Assembly: GCA_049644345.1 (NCBI GenBank)
Contig: JBARRS010000116.1
Coordinates: forward strand, 1-49,665
Direction: 5' to 3'
DNA: 49,665 nt
Source: Gaiellaceae bacterium
GTDB lineage: Bacteria; Actinomycetota; Thermoleophilia; Gaiellales; Gaiellaceae
Part shown: piece by piece, positions 16,536 to 24,668 of the stretch
How positions within the stretch are numbered: the stretch's first letter is position 1
Layout of the letters: each line of letters opens with the position of its first letter
Notes under the pieces: model-generated
What the model was told of the DNA's origin: nothing
What the model saw: the letters and a program-made list of their open reading frames with translations, nothing else
The model's database searches: none
Made by a program: the position numbers and the translations under genes

Positions 16536-18191
16536 TCAGCGAGGTGAGGAACGATCGCGGGCTCGCGGAGCTACCGTGAGTCGCGCCTCGACGACTGCCT
16601 GCCCGGCGGCGTGCGCGGCTCTATGTCCGGTGACCGCGGCTAAGAAGTCGTCACGTTCCAGTGCATACAGGTGCGAGTCGACCAGGGCCCTGACAGTTGC
16701 TGTCCGCGGCACGTCCCGGAGCAGCGCGATCTCGCCGAAGTAGTCTCCTTGCTGCGCGGTCGCATGTGGGCCGTCCGCCACGATCTCCAGCTCGCCGTCG
16801 CCGACGATGTAGAAGCGATCTCCGGCATCACCCGCGCGAATCACAAGCTGGCCGGCGGCGACAGAGACGGGGATGAGGCTGGCGGCCACTCGTTCCTTGG
16901 CGGCGACCGATAGCGGTTCGAACATCGGTACTCGCTCGATGAGCTCGAGCTCTGGGCCGGGCGGGGAGACCGTCCTGTCTATCTCGACGAGCCGCCGGTA
17001 GGTCATCAGCGTCAGCAGCGGCAGGATCGCCCCGACGACGACGAAAGCCGGACGCGCTCCGAGGCCCGCGACGATCGCCGGCGCCGCGATCGAGCCGAGC
17101 GCCACGGCGCCCATCACGCAACCCCAGAGAAGGCCGAGGACGCGGGTCAAAAGGTGATCGGGAATGATCCGCTGGAGCAGCGTGAAGGCAGCGACATCCT
17201 CGACGCTGTTGGCAGCACCGACAACGGCGAGGAAGAGGGCGGCTGTCGCCAGGTACGGCCAGGGGGCGACGAGTGCGATCGGCCCACCCCAGAACACGAG
17301 CGCAAGGCCGAATGGGACGGCGAGTCGTCGGCCTTCAAGCGTCATCGCCCCGAGCGCTCCGATCAGACCGCCGACGCCGAGCGCCGCGGTCAGGTAGCCG
17401 ACCGCGCCCGGTCCTGCGTGGAGAATGCGGAAGACGGCGACCACGATGAGGACGTTCAGGCAGCCGCGGACAAACGCCTGAGCGACCATCAGCCCGATGA
17501 CCAGACGAGGTTTTGGTGCCCGCGCGACGGCCCGAAACCCAGCCGAGATCATTCGCCGAGTGCTCTCGCCGCCGGCCGCAGTGAGGTGAACGCGACCCTC
17601 GACCCTGACGCCCGCGAGGAGCGATGCGGCCGCCAGCAACGCCCCGGCTCCGACGGCGAAAACGAGCCCGACATCGGCGACAGCGATGAGCACCCCCGCG
17701 AGCAGCGGCCCAACGAGAGTGCCAAGACTTTCGATCGTCGACGTTGCACCGTTCGCTGCAATCAGTTCCTCAGGAGTTCGTGCCAGTGAGGGCAGGAGCG
17801 CCTGCAGCGCAGGTCTGACGAGCGTCGACGCGAGCCCGACTACGCTGGCGAGCGCGAACACGAAAACGTCGCTCTTGCCCGCAAAGAACGCCGCCGCTGA
17901 GCCGGCAAGGGCGGCCGACCCGACCAACGTGACCGCAAGGAGGAAACGCTCGCGGCGGAATCGGTCGCCCAGCGACGCTGCAAACGGCGCCACAATCGCC
18001 GCCGGCAACAAGCGCACGAGTCCCGCGATCCCAACGGCTGAGGTGCCGCCTGCCTCGAACGCGAAGATGCCGAGGGCGACGAAGTGCGCCCACTCGGCGG
18101 CAATCGCAGCGCCCCACGCGAGCTCGACGCGCCGGACGTTCGGGTTACGAAAAGCGGCGCCTAGAGTCGAGACCGCGCGAGCGGAACGCAT
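16536..18191 (-). CDS. MFS transporter fused to a C-terminal cyclic-nucleotide-binding domain
   Basis: 551 aa. About 12 hydrophobic helices (residues ~20-400). Then VPMFEPLSVAAKERVAASL...GQLVIRAGDAGDRFYIVGDGELEI...GDYFGEIALLRDVPRTATVRA, which is the cNMP-binding beta-barrel signature (FGE...RTA). Confidence 0.85.
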   Translation of the reverse strand: MRSARAVSTLGAAFRNPNVRRVELAWGAAIAAEWAHFVALGIFAFEAGGTSAVGIAGLVRLLPAAIVAPFAASLGDRFRRERFLLAVTLVGSAALAGSAAAFFAGKSDVFVFALASVVGLASTLVRPALQALLPSLARTPEELIAANGATSTIESLGTLVGPLLAGVLIAVADVGLVFAVGAGALLAAASLLAGVRVEGRVHLTAAGGESTRRMISAGFRAVARAPKPRLVIGLMVAQAFVRGCLNVLIVVAVFRILHAGPGAVGYLTAALGVGGLIGALGAMTLEGRRLAVPFGLALVFWGGPIALVAPWPYLATAALFLAVVGAANSVEDVAAFTLLQRIIPDHLLTRVLGLLWGCVMGAVALGSIAAPAIVAGLGARPAFVVVGAILPLLTLMTYRRLVEIDRTVSPPGPELELIERVPMFEPLSVAAKERVAASLIPVSVAAGQLVIRAGDAGDRFYIVGDGELEIVADGPHATAQQGDYFGEIALLRDVPRTATVRALVDSHLYALERDDFLAAVTGHRAAHAAGQAVVEARLTVAPRARDRSSPR

Positions 18192-18312
18192 TGGGCACCG
18201 ATTGAACCCCAGTTCTCCGCCTCGTACAAGCGCGCAGCAAGGAGAGACAGGCCGACTCTCGTAGCGACAGACGTCCTACCTCAGCCGGCGCGGGATTGAG
18301 GCTCAGGAACCG

Positions 18313-18612
18313 CTATCCAAAACCAAGAATGAACTTGGCGTCTTCGGACATCTTTTCCGGCGACCAGGGCGGATCCCAGGTCAGCTCGGTCTCGACGTCC
18401 TCGACCCCGGGCAGGGCGCGGACGACCTCGTCCACGTTCGCCTGGATCAGCGGCCCGACCGGGCAGCCCATCGATGTGAGCGTGTGGATCACCTTCACGC
18501 GCGGGCCGTCGACCTCCACGTCGTAGAGCAGGCCGAGCTCGACGATGTCCATCCCGAGCTCCGGGTCCTCGACCTGGCGCAGCGCCTCCATGACGTCCTC
18601 GCGGGTAGCCAC
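18313..18612 (-). CDS. DUF59 / SufT-like metal-sulfur cluster assembly factor
   Basis: Track ORF 18313..18678 trimmed to GTG at 18612, 10 nt after the glpX stop (an alternative ATG is at 18591). VMEALRQVEDPELGMDIVELGLLY...TLTSMGCPVGPLI is the DUF59 signature. Confidence 0.75.
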   Translation of the reverse strand: MATREDVMEALRQVEDPELGMDIVELGLLYDVEVDGPRVKVIHTLTSMGCPVGPLIQANVDEVVRALPGVEDVETELTWDPPWSPEKMSEDAKFILGFG

Positions 18613-18622
18613 GCGCTCGATG

Positions 18623-19636
18623 CTAGCCGAGGAGGCGCACTTCCTCGCGACGCTCCCTCGCGAAGAAGTGGATCCCATCGACGAATCGGACCCAGTTGCA
18701 GCGCGTGCACATCACGAGCGAATGCGTGCGCGCCGAGTCGGCGAGGAAGCGAACGCCCCTGAGCAGGTCGCCGTTCGATACCCCGGTCGCCACTGCGATC
18801 ATCTCGCCCGGCGCAAGCTCCTCGGTCGTGAACACCTTGTTTGCATCCTCGATGCCGGCTTCGTGTGCCTGCTCGATCTCGAGGCGCGAGGTCGGCCACA
18901 GCTGCGCCTGAATCTCGCCGCCCAGACAGCGCAGCGCGGCGGCCGACATCACAGCCTGCCGGGTGCCCCCGATCCCGATCGCGAGGTGATCGTTCGTCCC
19001 GCGGATCGCGGCGGAGATCGACGCCGTGACGTCGCCGTCCTGGATCAGCTTGATCCGGGCTCCCGCAACGCGGATCTCCTCGATCAGGTCGTGGTGACGA
19101 GGCCGGTCGAGGACGATCGTCGTCACGTCGTTCGGCATGCGCCCGAACGCCTCCGCGATCGCGCGGATGTTGTCGTTGATCGGCTTCGTGAGATCGATCG
19201 AGCCCCGCGCGCGCGGACCGACGGCCATCTTCCGCATGTACATGTCCGGCAGGGCCTGGAACGAGCCGGGCTCGCCGACCGCGACCATCGACATCGCGCC
19301 GTGACCGCCGCGTGCGACGACGCCGCTGCCTTCGATGGGGTCCAGCGCGAGATCGAAGCGCGTTCCACCGGTCCCGATCGTCTTTCCGATCGCGAGCGCC
19401 TCCGTCTCGTCGCTCGATCCGACCACGATCCGTCCGTCGATCGGCAGCTGCTCGAGCGCGACGCGCATCCCCGTCGTGGCCGCCTCCTCCGCCCCCTCCT
19501 GATCTGCGCGCCCGAGCCAGCGCGCGCCGGCGAGCGACGCCCGCTCGGTCACACGGGCGAAGCTCTCGCAGAGGCAGTACTGCCGTGCTGCGACGGGCTG
19601 CTGCTGCTGCTGGATCTCCTCCGCCGTCTCCGTCAT
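18623..19636 (-). CDS. glpX: class II fructose-1,6-bisphosphatase
   Basis: 337 aa. Collinear with E. coli GlpX from memory: RVTERASLAGARWLGR, DPIEGS, PDMYMRKMAVGP, RPRHHDLIEEIR, QDGDVTASI, IGIGGTRQAVMSAAALRCLGG. The ATG overlaps the upstream stop (ATGA). Confidence 0.92.
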   Translation of the reverse strand: MTETAEEIQQQQQPVAARQYCLCESFARVTERASLAGARWLGRADQEGAEEAATTGMRVALEQLPIDGRIVVGSSDETEALAIGKTIGTGGTRFDLALDPIEGSGVVARGGHGAMSMVAVGEPGSFQALPDMYMRKMAVGPRARGSIDLTKPINDNIRAIAEAFGRMPNDVTTIVLDRPRHHDLIEEIRVAGARIKLIQDGDVTASISAAIRGTNDHLAIGIGGTRQAVMSAAALRCLGGEIQAQLWPTSRLEIEQAHEAGIEDANKVFTTEELAPGEMIAVATGVSNGDLLRGVRFLADSARTHSLVMCTRCNWVRFVDGIHFFARERREEVRLLG

Positions 19637-20547
19637 CCGCCGACCACCTCGACTTGCGCAGCGCTTTCGAGCACGAGCTCCATCGCCTGGCCGATCGCCT
19701 CTTCGATGTTTCCGTTCTCGATCACGGGTACACCCGCCCTTCGCGCGCGCTCGACGATGAAGTCCTGCACGAGGCGGATATTGCCGAGCGAGTCGAGGTA
19801 GCGCTCGAACGGGCGTACGCCGGCCGAGGCGCGGTCACGGATCCAGAAGTGGCTCGCGTGCGCTTCGAGATCGCGTATCGCGAGCACGAACTGAACGACG
19901 AGCGCGCCCTCGATCGCGGGCGGCACCATCCCCGGCACGAGGTGAACGCCCTCGAGCACCATCGACCAGCCCTCCTCGAGCGCGCGGTCGATCGCCGCAT
20001 CGACGCCGACGAGCACGTTCCGCGTCTGGTCGAGGAACCCGTGCAGGACCGGGTCGCCCGGCTCGCCCGTCTCGAGCGCAGCCCGTCCGGCCTCGAAGCT
20101 CGAGTAGTGAATCGAGGGCATGAAGTCCTTCGAGAAGAACGCACGCATGGTCTGGCGGACGAAGTCCGTCGAGGTGACGCGCGTGATCCCGAGCCGGTAC
20201 GCGATCTCGGTGGCCACCGTCGACTTGCCGGTGCCGGTCGCGCCGCCGACGAGCAGGATGATGGGCAGGTCGAGGTCGGCGATCCGGCGATGGAGGCGGA
20301 GCCGGCGTGCGACCTGGCCACCCTCGTCTTCGCCGAGAATTCTTGCAGCGAGCTCCTCGAGGCGCTCGAGGCTCAGCGTCGAGCGGCCGCTCTCGTTCAG
20401 GTCCGCCTCCGCGGCGATTGCCAGCTCGTACGAGCGCTCCGAGGGAACACCGGTCGCGATCAGGGCGCGTGCGAGCAGGCCCTTCGAGAAGGGCAGCCCG
20501 TCCTCGCCGCCGAGCGGCAGCGGCTCGCGATGGCGGCGCTCGGTCAC
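19633..20547 (-). CDS. pgk2: 2-phosphoglycerate kinase-like protein
   Basis: 304 aa. P-loop ILLVGGATGTGKSTVATEIAYRLGITRVTSTDFVRQTMR. The N-terminal ATP-cone-like region and overall layout match archaeal 2PGK as I remember it. The GTG at 20547 overlaps the upstream stop (GTGA). The stop overlaps the glpX ATG. Confidence 0.8.
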   Translation of the reverse strand: MTERRHREPLPLGGEDGLPFSKGLLARALIATGVPSERSYELAIAAEADLNESGRSTLSLERLEELAARILGEDEGGQVARRLRLHRRIADLDLPIILLVGGATGTGKSTVATEIAYRLGITRVTSTDFVRQTMRAFFSKDFMPSIHYSSFEAGRAALETGEPGDPVLHGFLDQTRNVLVGVDAAIDRALEEGWSMVLEGVHLVPGMVPPAIEGALVVQFVLAIRDLEAHASHFWIRDRASAGVRPFERYLDSLGNIRLVQDFIVERARRAGVPVIENGNIEEAIGQAMELVLESAAQVEVVGG

Positions 20548-21800
20548 GACGCGACCCTCTCCGCCGTCAGCGTCCGCAGCTGATCGTCGAGATCCGCCCC
20601 CGGTAGGGGCAGGACCTCGTTGTCCGCGAAGACGACGTCGAGCCCCCGGGCGGCAGCCGCTTCAGCGACGACGTCGATAGCCGCCGCTTTGATCTCGACG
20701 AGGTAGACGTCCACGTCGAGCCCTTCGAGCTCCGCCTCGAGCACGTCGCGCCGGGCGAGGTTGCCGGAGACGTGGACGACATCGGCTCCGTACTGCTCCC
20801 GCAGGTGCCGTTCGAGCAGCGGCAGCGCCTCGGGAGACGCAGTCGAGAAGTAAGCGACGCGACGCCCACCGATCGCACCGAGCGGCCGCGGCCGTAAGAC
20901 GACGGGCACGACCGGCAGGTCCTTGACCTCGCGCACCGCGGCGGCCACCCGCTCGTGCGGCGTCCCTTCCTCCGCCATCGTCAGCACCACGAGGTCGGAG
21001 ATCAGGATCCGATATGCGTTGAGGTAGCCGGTAACGAGCTCGGGCGCCTGGCTCGCCCCCGCGACGAGCACGCGAGCGCCCGTGGCGACGGGCGGGATCG
21101 CGGCTCCGCTCCCGTCGAGAACGACGAGATCGGGCGAGAGATCGAGCGCGAGCGCGAGGCCCGCGCCCACGTTGGAGACCGCCGGCGCGCCCGCGAGGCC
21201 GCCGCCGCAACGCGTGCAGCCGATCGTCGGAACGCCCGCGAGCGCCGCGGTCTCGAGGTGATCCGACGCAGCGTGCCGACCGTCGCGGGAGAGCTCGAGC
21301 AGCCGCTCGAGCGTCGGCGGCAACTCGACGAGCTCGGGCTCAGGCGGCCCGCCCCGCCCCATCGCGACCACGACCACACGCCGCTCTTCGCCGAGCAGAC
21401 GCGCGATGTGTCCGGTGAGCGCGGTCTTGCCGATCCGCTTCCCGGTCCCGATCACGCCGATCGAGGGGATCGGGCACGGCAGAAACTCGGGCGCGTCGAG
21501 GCGGAAGTCCGCGCCGACGTACGGCACGCCGGCGGCGAGCACGCTGCTTGCGAGCCGGAAGCGCCGCACAGGCCCGAGCACGGGCTCGTCGGAGAGATCG
21601 ACGACGACCTCCGGCTCGAGCTCCGCAAGCGCCGTCTCGAGGTCGGCGGCGAGCGGGACGCCGTAATCCGCGCCCGGCCGCAGCTTCTCCGTCCCGCCGA
21701 CGAGCAGCGCGCCGACGAACTCGTACGGGAGCTCCTCGAGCGCCGCACGCACGACCGGCGCGTAGTGCTCCCCGTCGATCAACGCCAAAGCTCGAGTCAT
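20544..21800 (-). CDS. cpgS: cyclic 2,3-diphosphoglycerate synthetase-like protein
   Basis: Track ORF 20544..22472 trimmed to ATG at 21800 (MTRALALIDGEHYAPVV...), which overlaps the upstream TGA (ATGA). Blocks LIDGEHY.PV, GGTEKL, DLSDEPVL, RFRLAS, GTGKRIGKTA (P-loop) and VVAMGRGGPPEPE match my recollection of Methanothermus fervidus CpgS. Confidence 0.8.
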   Translation of the reverse strand: MTRALALIDGEHYAPVVRAALEELPYEFVGALLVGGTEKLRPGADYGVPLAADLETALAELEPEVVVDLSDEPVLGPVRRFRLASSVLAAGVPYVGADFRLDAPEFLPCPIPSIGVIGTGKRIGKTALTGHIARLLGEERRVVVVAMGRGGPPEPELVELPPTLERLLELSRDGRHAASDHLETAALAGVPTIGCTRCGGGLAGAPAVSNVGAGLALALDLSPDLVVLDGSGAAIPPVATGARVLVAGASQAPELVTGYLNAYRILISDLVVLTMAEEGTPHERVAAAVREVKDLPVVPVVLRPRPLGAIGGRRVAYFSTASPEALPLLERHLREQYGADVVHVSGNLARRDVLEAELEGLDVDVYLVEIKAAAIDVVAEAAAARGLDVVFADNEVLPLPGADLDDQLRTLTAERVAS

Positions 21801-22603
21801 GACGACCGCGCCCGCACCTCGCCCTCGATCCGCGCCGTGTACTTCTCGTACGCGCGCGTCTCGATCGAGAACTGGATGATCCGCTCCTGCCCGTAGAACG
21901 GATACTTGCGCCAGACGTCCACGTGACGGTCGGTGATCTCGATCACGTTGTAACAGGGCCGCGTCCTCCCACGCAGGCGCTGAGACGAGACGGTGCCGGC
22001 ATTGACGACGAAGAGGTCCTCGAGCCGCCAGGCGTAGGGCACGTGCTTGTGGCCGGAGAGAACGAGGTCGACGCCGGCGCGCTGGAGGCACTCGATCGCA
22101 TCGCCCGCGTCGTAGACGACGTTGCGCTCGCGGCCCGTCCCCGGCACCGGCAGCAGGTGGTGATGGAGGACGAAGACCTTGAGATCGGCGGGTTCCGCGA
22201 ACTGCTCCTCGATCCAGCGGTAGCGGCCGCGCCCGATCACGCCGTGGTCGAGGTCGGGCTCGGTGGAATCGACCGCGACGACGGTGACCCCGCCCACACG
22301 AAGCACTCGGTTCCGCTCCCCGAACATGTCCTCGAAATGGACATAGCCGACGTTGCGCGAGTCGTGGTTGCCCGGAATGACGACGATCGAGGCGCATGCG
22401 ATCCGATCGAGATACTGCTTCGCGAGCGCGTACTCGTGCTTGTAGCCGAACGTCGTCAGATCCCCCGAGCACACGACGATGTCGGGGCCCATGTCGTTGA
22501 TCTCGTTGATCGCCCGTTCCATCAGGCCCGCCACGAAGTACGGCCCCCCGCAGTGGAGGTCGGAGATGTGGGCAATCGTGAACTCGCCGTTCGCCGCGGC
22601 CAT
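21797..22603 (-). CDS. calcineurin-like metallophosphoesterase
   Basis: 268 aa. Motifs ISDLHCG, CSGDLT, GNHD, VLHHHL, SGHKHV (the DxH / GD / GNHD / H / GH pattern). Lies 23 nt downstream of the PiT stop. The TGA overlaps the cpgS-like ATG. Confidence 0.85.
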   Translation of the reverse strand: MAAANGEFTIAHISDLHCGGPYFVAGLMERAINEINDMGPDIVVCSGDLTTFGYKHEYALAKQYLDRIACASIVVIPGNHDSRNVGYVHFEDMFGERNRVLRVGGVTVVAVDSTEPDLDHGVIGRGRYRWIEEQFAEPADLKVFVLHHHLLPVPGTGRERNVVYDAGDAIECLQRAGVDLVLSGHKHVPYAWRLEDLFVVNAGTVSSQRLRGRTRPCYNVIEITDRHVDVWRKYPFYGQERIIQFSIETRAYEKYTARIEGEVRARSS

Positions 22604-22626
22604 GCTCGAAGTCTAGAGCGGCCTCG

Positions 22627-23610
22627 CTAGAAGACGGCCACGACGGGCCAGTAGAACGCCGCCGCGACGAGAGCCGCGGCGGGCAGAGTCAGCAGCCACG
22701 CCACGACGATGTTTCCTGCCACGCCCCAGCGTACGGCCGAGAGGCGCTTCGTCGCGCCCGCACCTATCACCGCGCCGGAGACGACGTGGGTCGTCGAGAG
22801 CGGGTAACCGAAGTGCGTTGCGACGTAGATCGTCGCTCCCCCCGCCGCCTGCGCGGCAAATCCGCTCGCCGGCTCTATGCTGAATACACGCTGGCCCACC
22901 GTCCGCATGATCCGCCAGCCGCCGACGTACGTGCCAGCCCCGATCGAGATGCCGGCCGCGACCTTGACCCAGGTCGGGATGTAGAAGGTGTGGATGTGGC
23001 CGCTCTCGAAGAGTGCGAGCGCGATTACACCCATCGTCTTCTGCGCGTCGTTCGCTCCGTGGGTGAACGCGACCCACGTGCCGGAGAGCAGCTGCCCGAG
23101 CCGGAAAGTCCGGTTGCCGACGCCCGGCGTCATCCACTGAAAGAGCCAGTAGATGACGAGCAGAAGTGTGAACGCGACGAGAAACGCGGCGACCGGGGCG
23201 ATGCCTGCCGGTATCAGCACGTTGTGTGTGACGCCGTGCCATTTCACGCCCTTCGAACCCGACTGCACGAGCGCCGCTCCGATCAGACCGCCGATCAGCG
23301 CATGCGAGGAACTCGACGGCAGCCCGAGCCACCATGTGAGCAGGTTCCAGACGATTGCGCCGATCAGCGCCGCCAGCACCGTCTTTTCGTTCGCCAGGCC
23401 GGTGTCGATGATCCCCTTGCCCACGGTTTTCGCGACCGCCGTCGTCACGAATGCGCCGCCGAGATTCGCAACTGCCGCGACGAGGACGGCCAGCCGCGGC
23501 GAGACGGCCCGGGTCGAGACGGAGGTCGCGACGGCGTTCGCAGTGTCGTGGAAGCCGTTGGTGAAGTCGAAGAAGAGCGCGACCGCGACGACGGTCCAGA
23601 GCAGGATCAC
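22627..23610 (-). CDS. PiT-family inorganic phosphate transporter
   Basis: 327 aa, GTG start. FDFTNGFHDTANAVATSV and FTHGANDAQKTMG are the duplicated PHO4/PiT signatures. Polytopic membrane protein. Confidence 0.92.
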   Translation of the reverse strand: MILLWTVVAVALFFDFTNGFHDTANAVATSVSTRAVSPRLAVLVAAVANLGGAFVTTAVAKTVGKGIIDTGLANEKTVLAALIGAIVWNLLTWWLGLPSSSSHALIGGLIGAALVQSGSKGVKWHGVTHNVLIPAGIAPVAAFLVAFTLLLVIYWLFQWMTPGVGNRTFRLGQLLSGTWVAFTHGANDAQKTMGVIALALFESGHIHTFYIPTWVKVAAGISIGAGTYVGGWRIMRTVGQRVFSIEPASGFAAQAAGGATIYVATHFGYPLSTTHVVSGAVIGAGATKRLSAVRWGVAGNIVVAWLLTLPAAALVAAAFYWPVVAVF

Positions 23611-23613
23611 GGC

Positions 23614-24234
23614 CTACCGGTTCTTGACGAGGATCGCCTCGAGTACATCGGCGGCGTTCTCGAGGGCATCGACCGCCTCCTCGAGCCGCTCGTGGATGTC
23701 CTTCCAGCGTACGAGCGAGATTGCGTCGCGTTCGGTCTGGAAGAGTTCGCCGACGGCATCGCGGACTAGCCGGTCGCCTTCGTCCTCGAGCGCGCGCAAC
23801 TGGTTCAGCTGCTGGCTTGAGTCGCGGAAACCCTCGAGGCGGCACACCGCCTCGTCGAGCTTCGTTGCCGCGCTCATGATCACCTGGGCCTGCTCGCGCG
23901 CCTTGTCGGGTACGCGGCGCGCACCGTAGACACCGAGATTGTCGGCCGCCTCGTCGATGTTGTCGCAGATGTCGTCGATCGCCCCGGCGAGGCGGTACAT
24001 GTCGTCGCGATCGAAGGGCGTCACGAACGTTCTGTTGAGCAGGTCGACCACCTCGTGCGTCAGCCGGTCACCTTCGTGCTCGCACTGCTTGATCCGCGCG
24101 ATCAGCTCGGTGCCGTCCGGAAACCGCTCGAGCAGCTCGACGAGTAGGCGCGAGACCTCGACGACGTTCGCCGAGGCCTGCGCGTAGAGGTCGAAGAACT
24201 CGCCTTTTTGGGGCGTGAGCCTGACGCGGACCAC
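23614..24234 (-). CDS. DUF47 (PhoU-like) Pit accessory protein
   Basis: 206 aa. All-helical, EGDRLTHEVVDLLNRTFVTPFDRDDMYRLAGAIDDICDNIDEAA pattern typical of the DUF47/TIGR00153 partner of PiT. Its stop lies 3 nt before the PiT start. Confidence 0.85.
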   Translation of the reverse strand: MVRVRLTPQKGEFFDLYAQASANVVEVSRLLVELLERFPDGTELIARIKQCEHEGDRLTHEVVDLLNRTFVTPFDRDDMYRLAGAIDDICDNIDEAADNLGVYGARRVPDKAREQAQVIMSAATKLDEAVCRLEGFRDSSQQLNQLRALEDEGDRLVRDAVGELFQTERDAISLVRWKDIHERLEEAVDALENAADVLEAILVKNR

Positions 24235-24299
24235 CTGCGCGCGGTCGTATATCAGGTCTCAATCCAGGCCGCGTCCGCCGTCGCTGCTACCGTGTTGGC

Positions 24300-24668
24300 G
24301 TGGCGGTGGAAACACCCGTTTTCCAGGCATATCGGGGCGAGTCCCCGCCGCGGTTCGCGAACCTCGCGGAGCTCGAGTGCGCGAAGATCCTCGACTACCA
24401 CGGCGTCCCGTGGGCGTACGAGCCGCGGACGTTCGCGCTCGAGGAGGACGAGCACGGCCGCGTCACCGAGGCCTTCACGCCCGACTTCTACCTGCCCGAG
24501 CAGGATCTCTACCTCGAGATCACGGTGATGCGGCAGCCGCTCGTCACGCGTAAGAACCGCAAGCTGCGCAAGCTGCGCGAGCGCTATCCCGAGATCCAGA
24601 TCAAGCTCTTCTACAAGCGCGATATCGCGCGCCTCGCGCAGCGCTACCGGCTCGACCTGGCCTCGTGA
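24300..24668 (+). CDS. hypothetical protein, translationally coupled to hpt (possible PD-(D/E)xK-like core)
   Basis: 122 aa, GTG start. FTPDFYLPEQDLYLEITVMRQ followed by a basic helix KNRKLRKLRERYPEIQIKLFYKRD. The stop overlaps the hpt GTG (GTGA). The nuclease-fold idea is weak inference. Confidence 0.55.
   Translation: MAVETPVFQAYRGESPPRFANLAELECAKILDYHGVPWAYEPRTFALEEDEHGRVTEAFTPDFYLPEQDLYLEITVMRQPLVTRKNRKLRKLRERYPEIQIKLFYKRDIARLAQRYRLDLAS

Noticed and set aside
21801-22472. N-terminal 224 codons of the 642-aa ORF 20544..22472
   Set aside because: This part overlaps the metallophosphoesterase gene out of frame and is Arg-rich. The cDPGS-like homology starts at the ATG at 21800 (MTRALALIDGEHY), which forms an ATGA overlap with the upstream stop.
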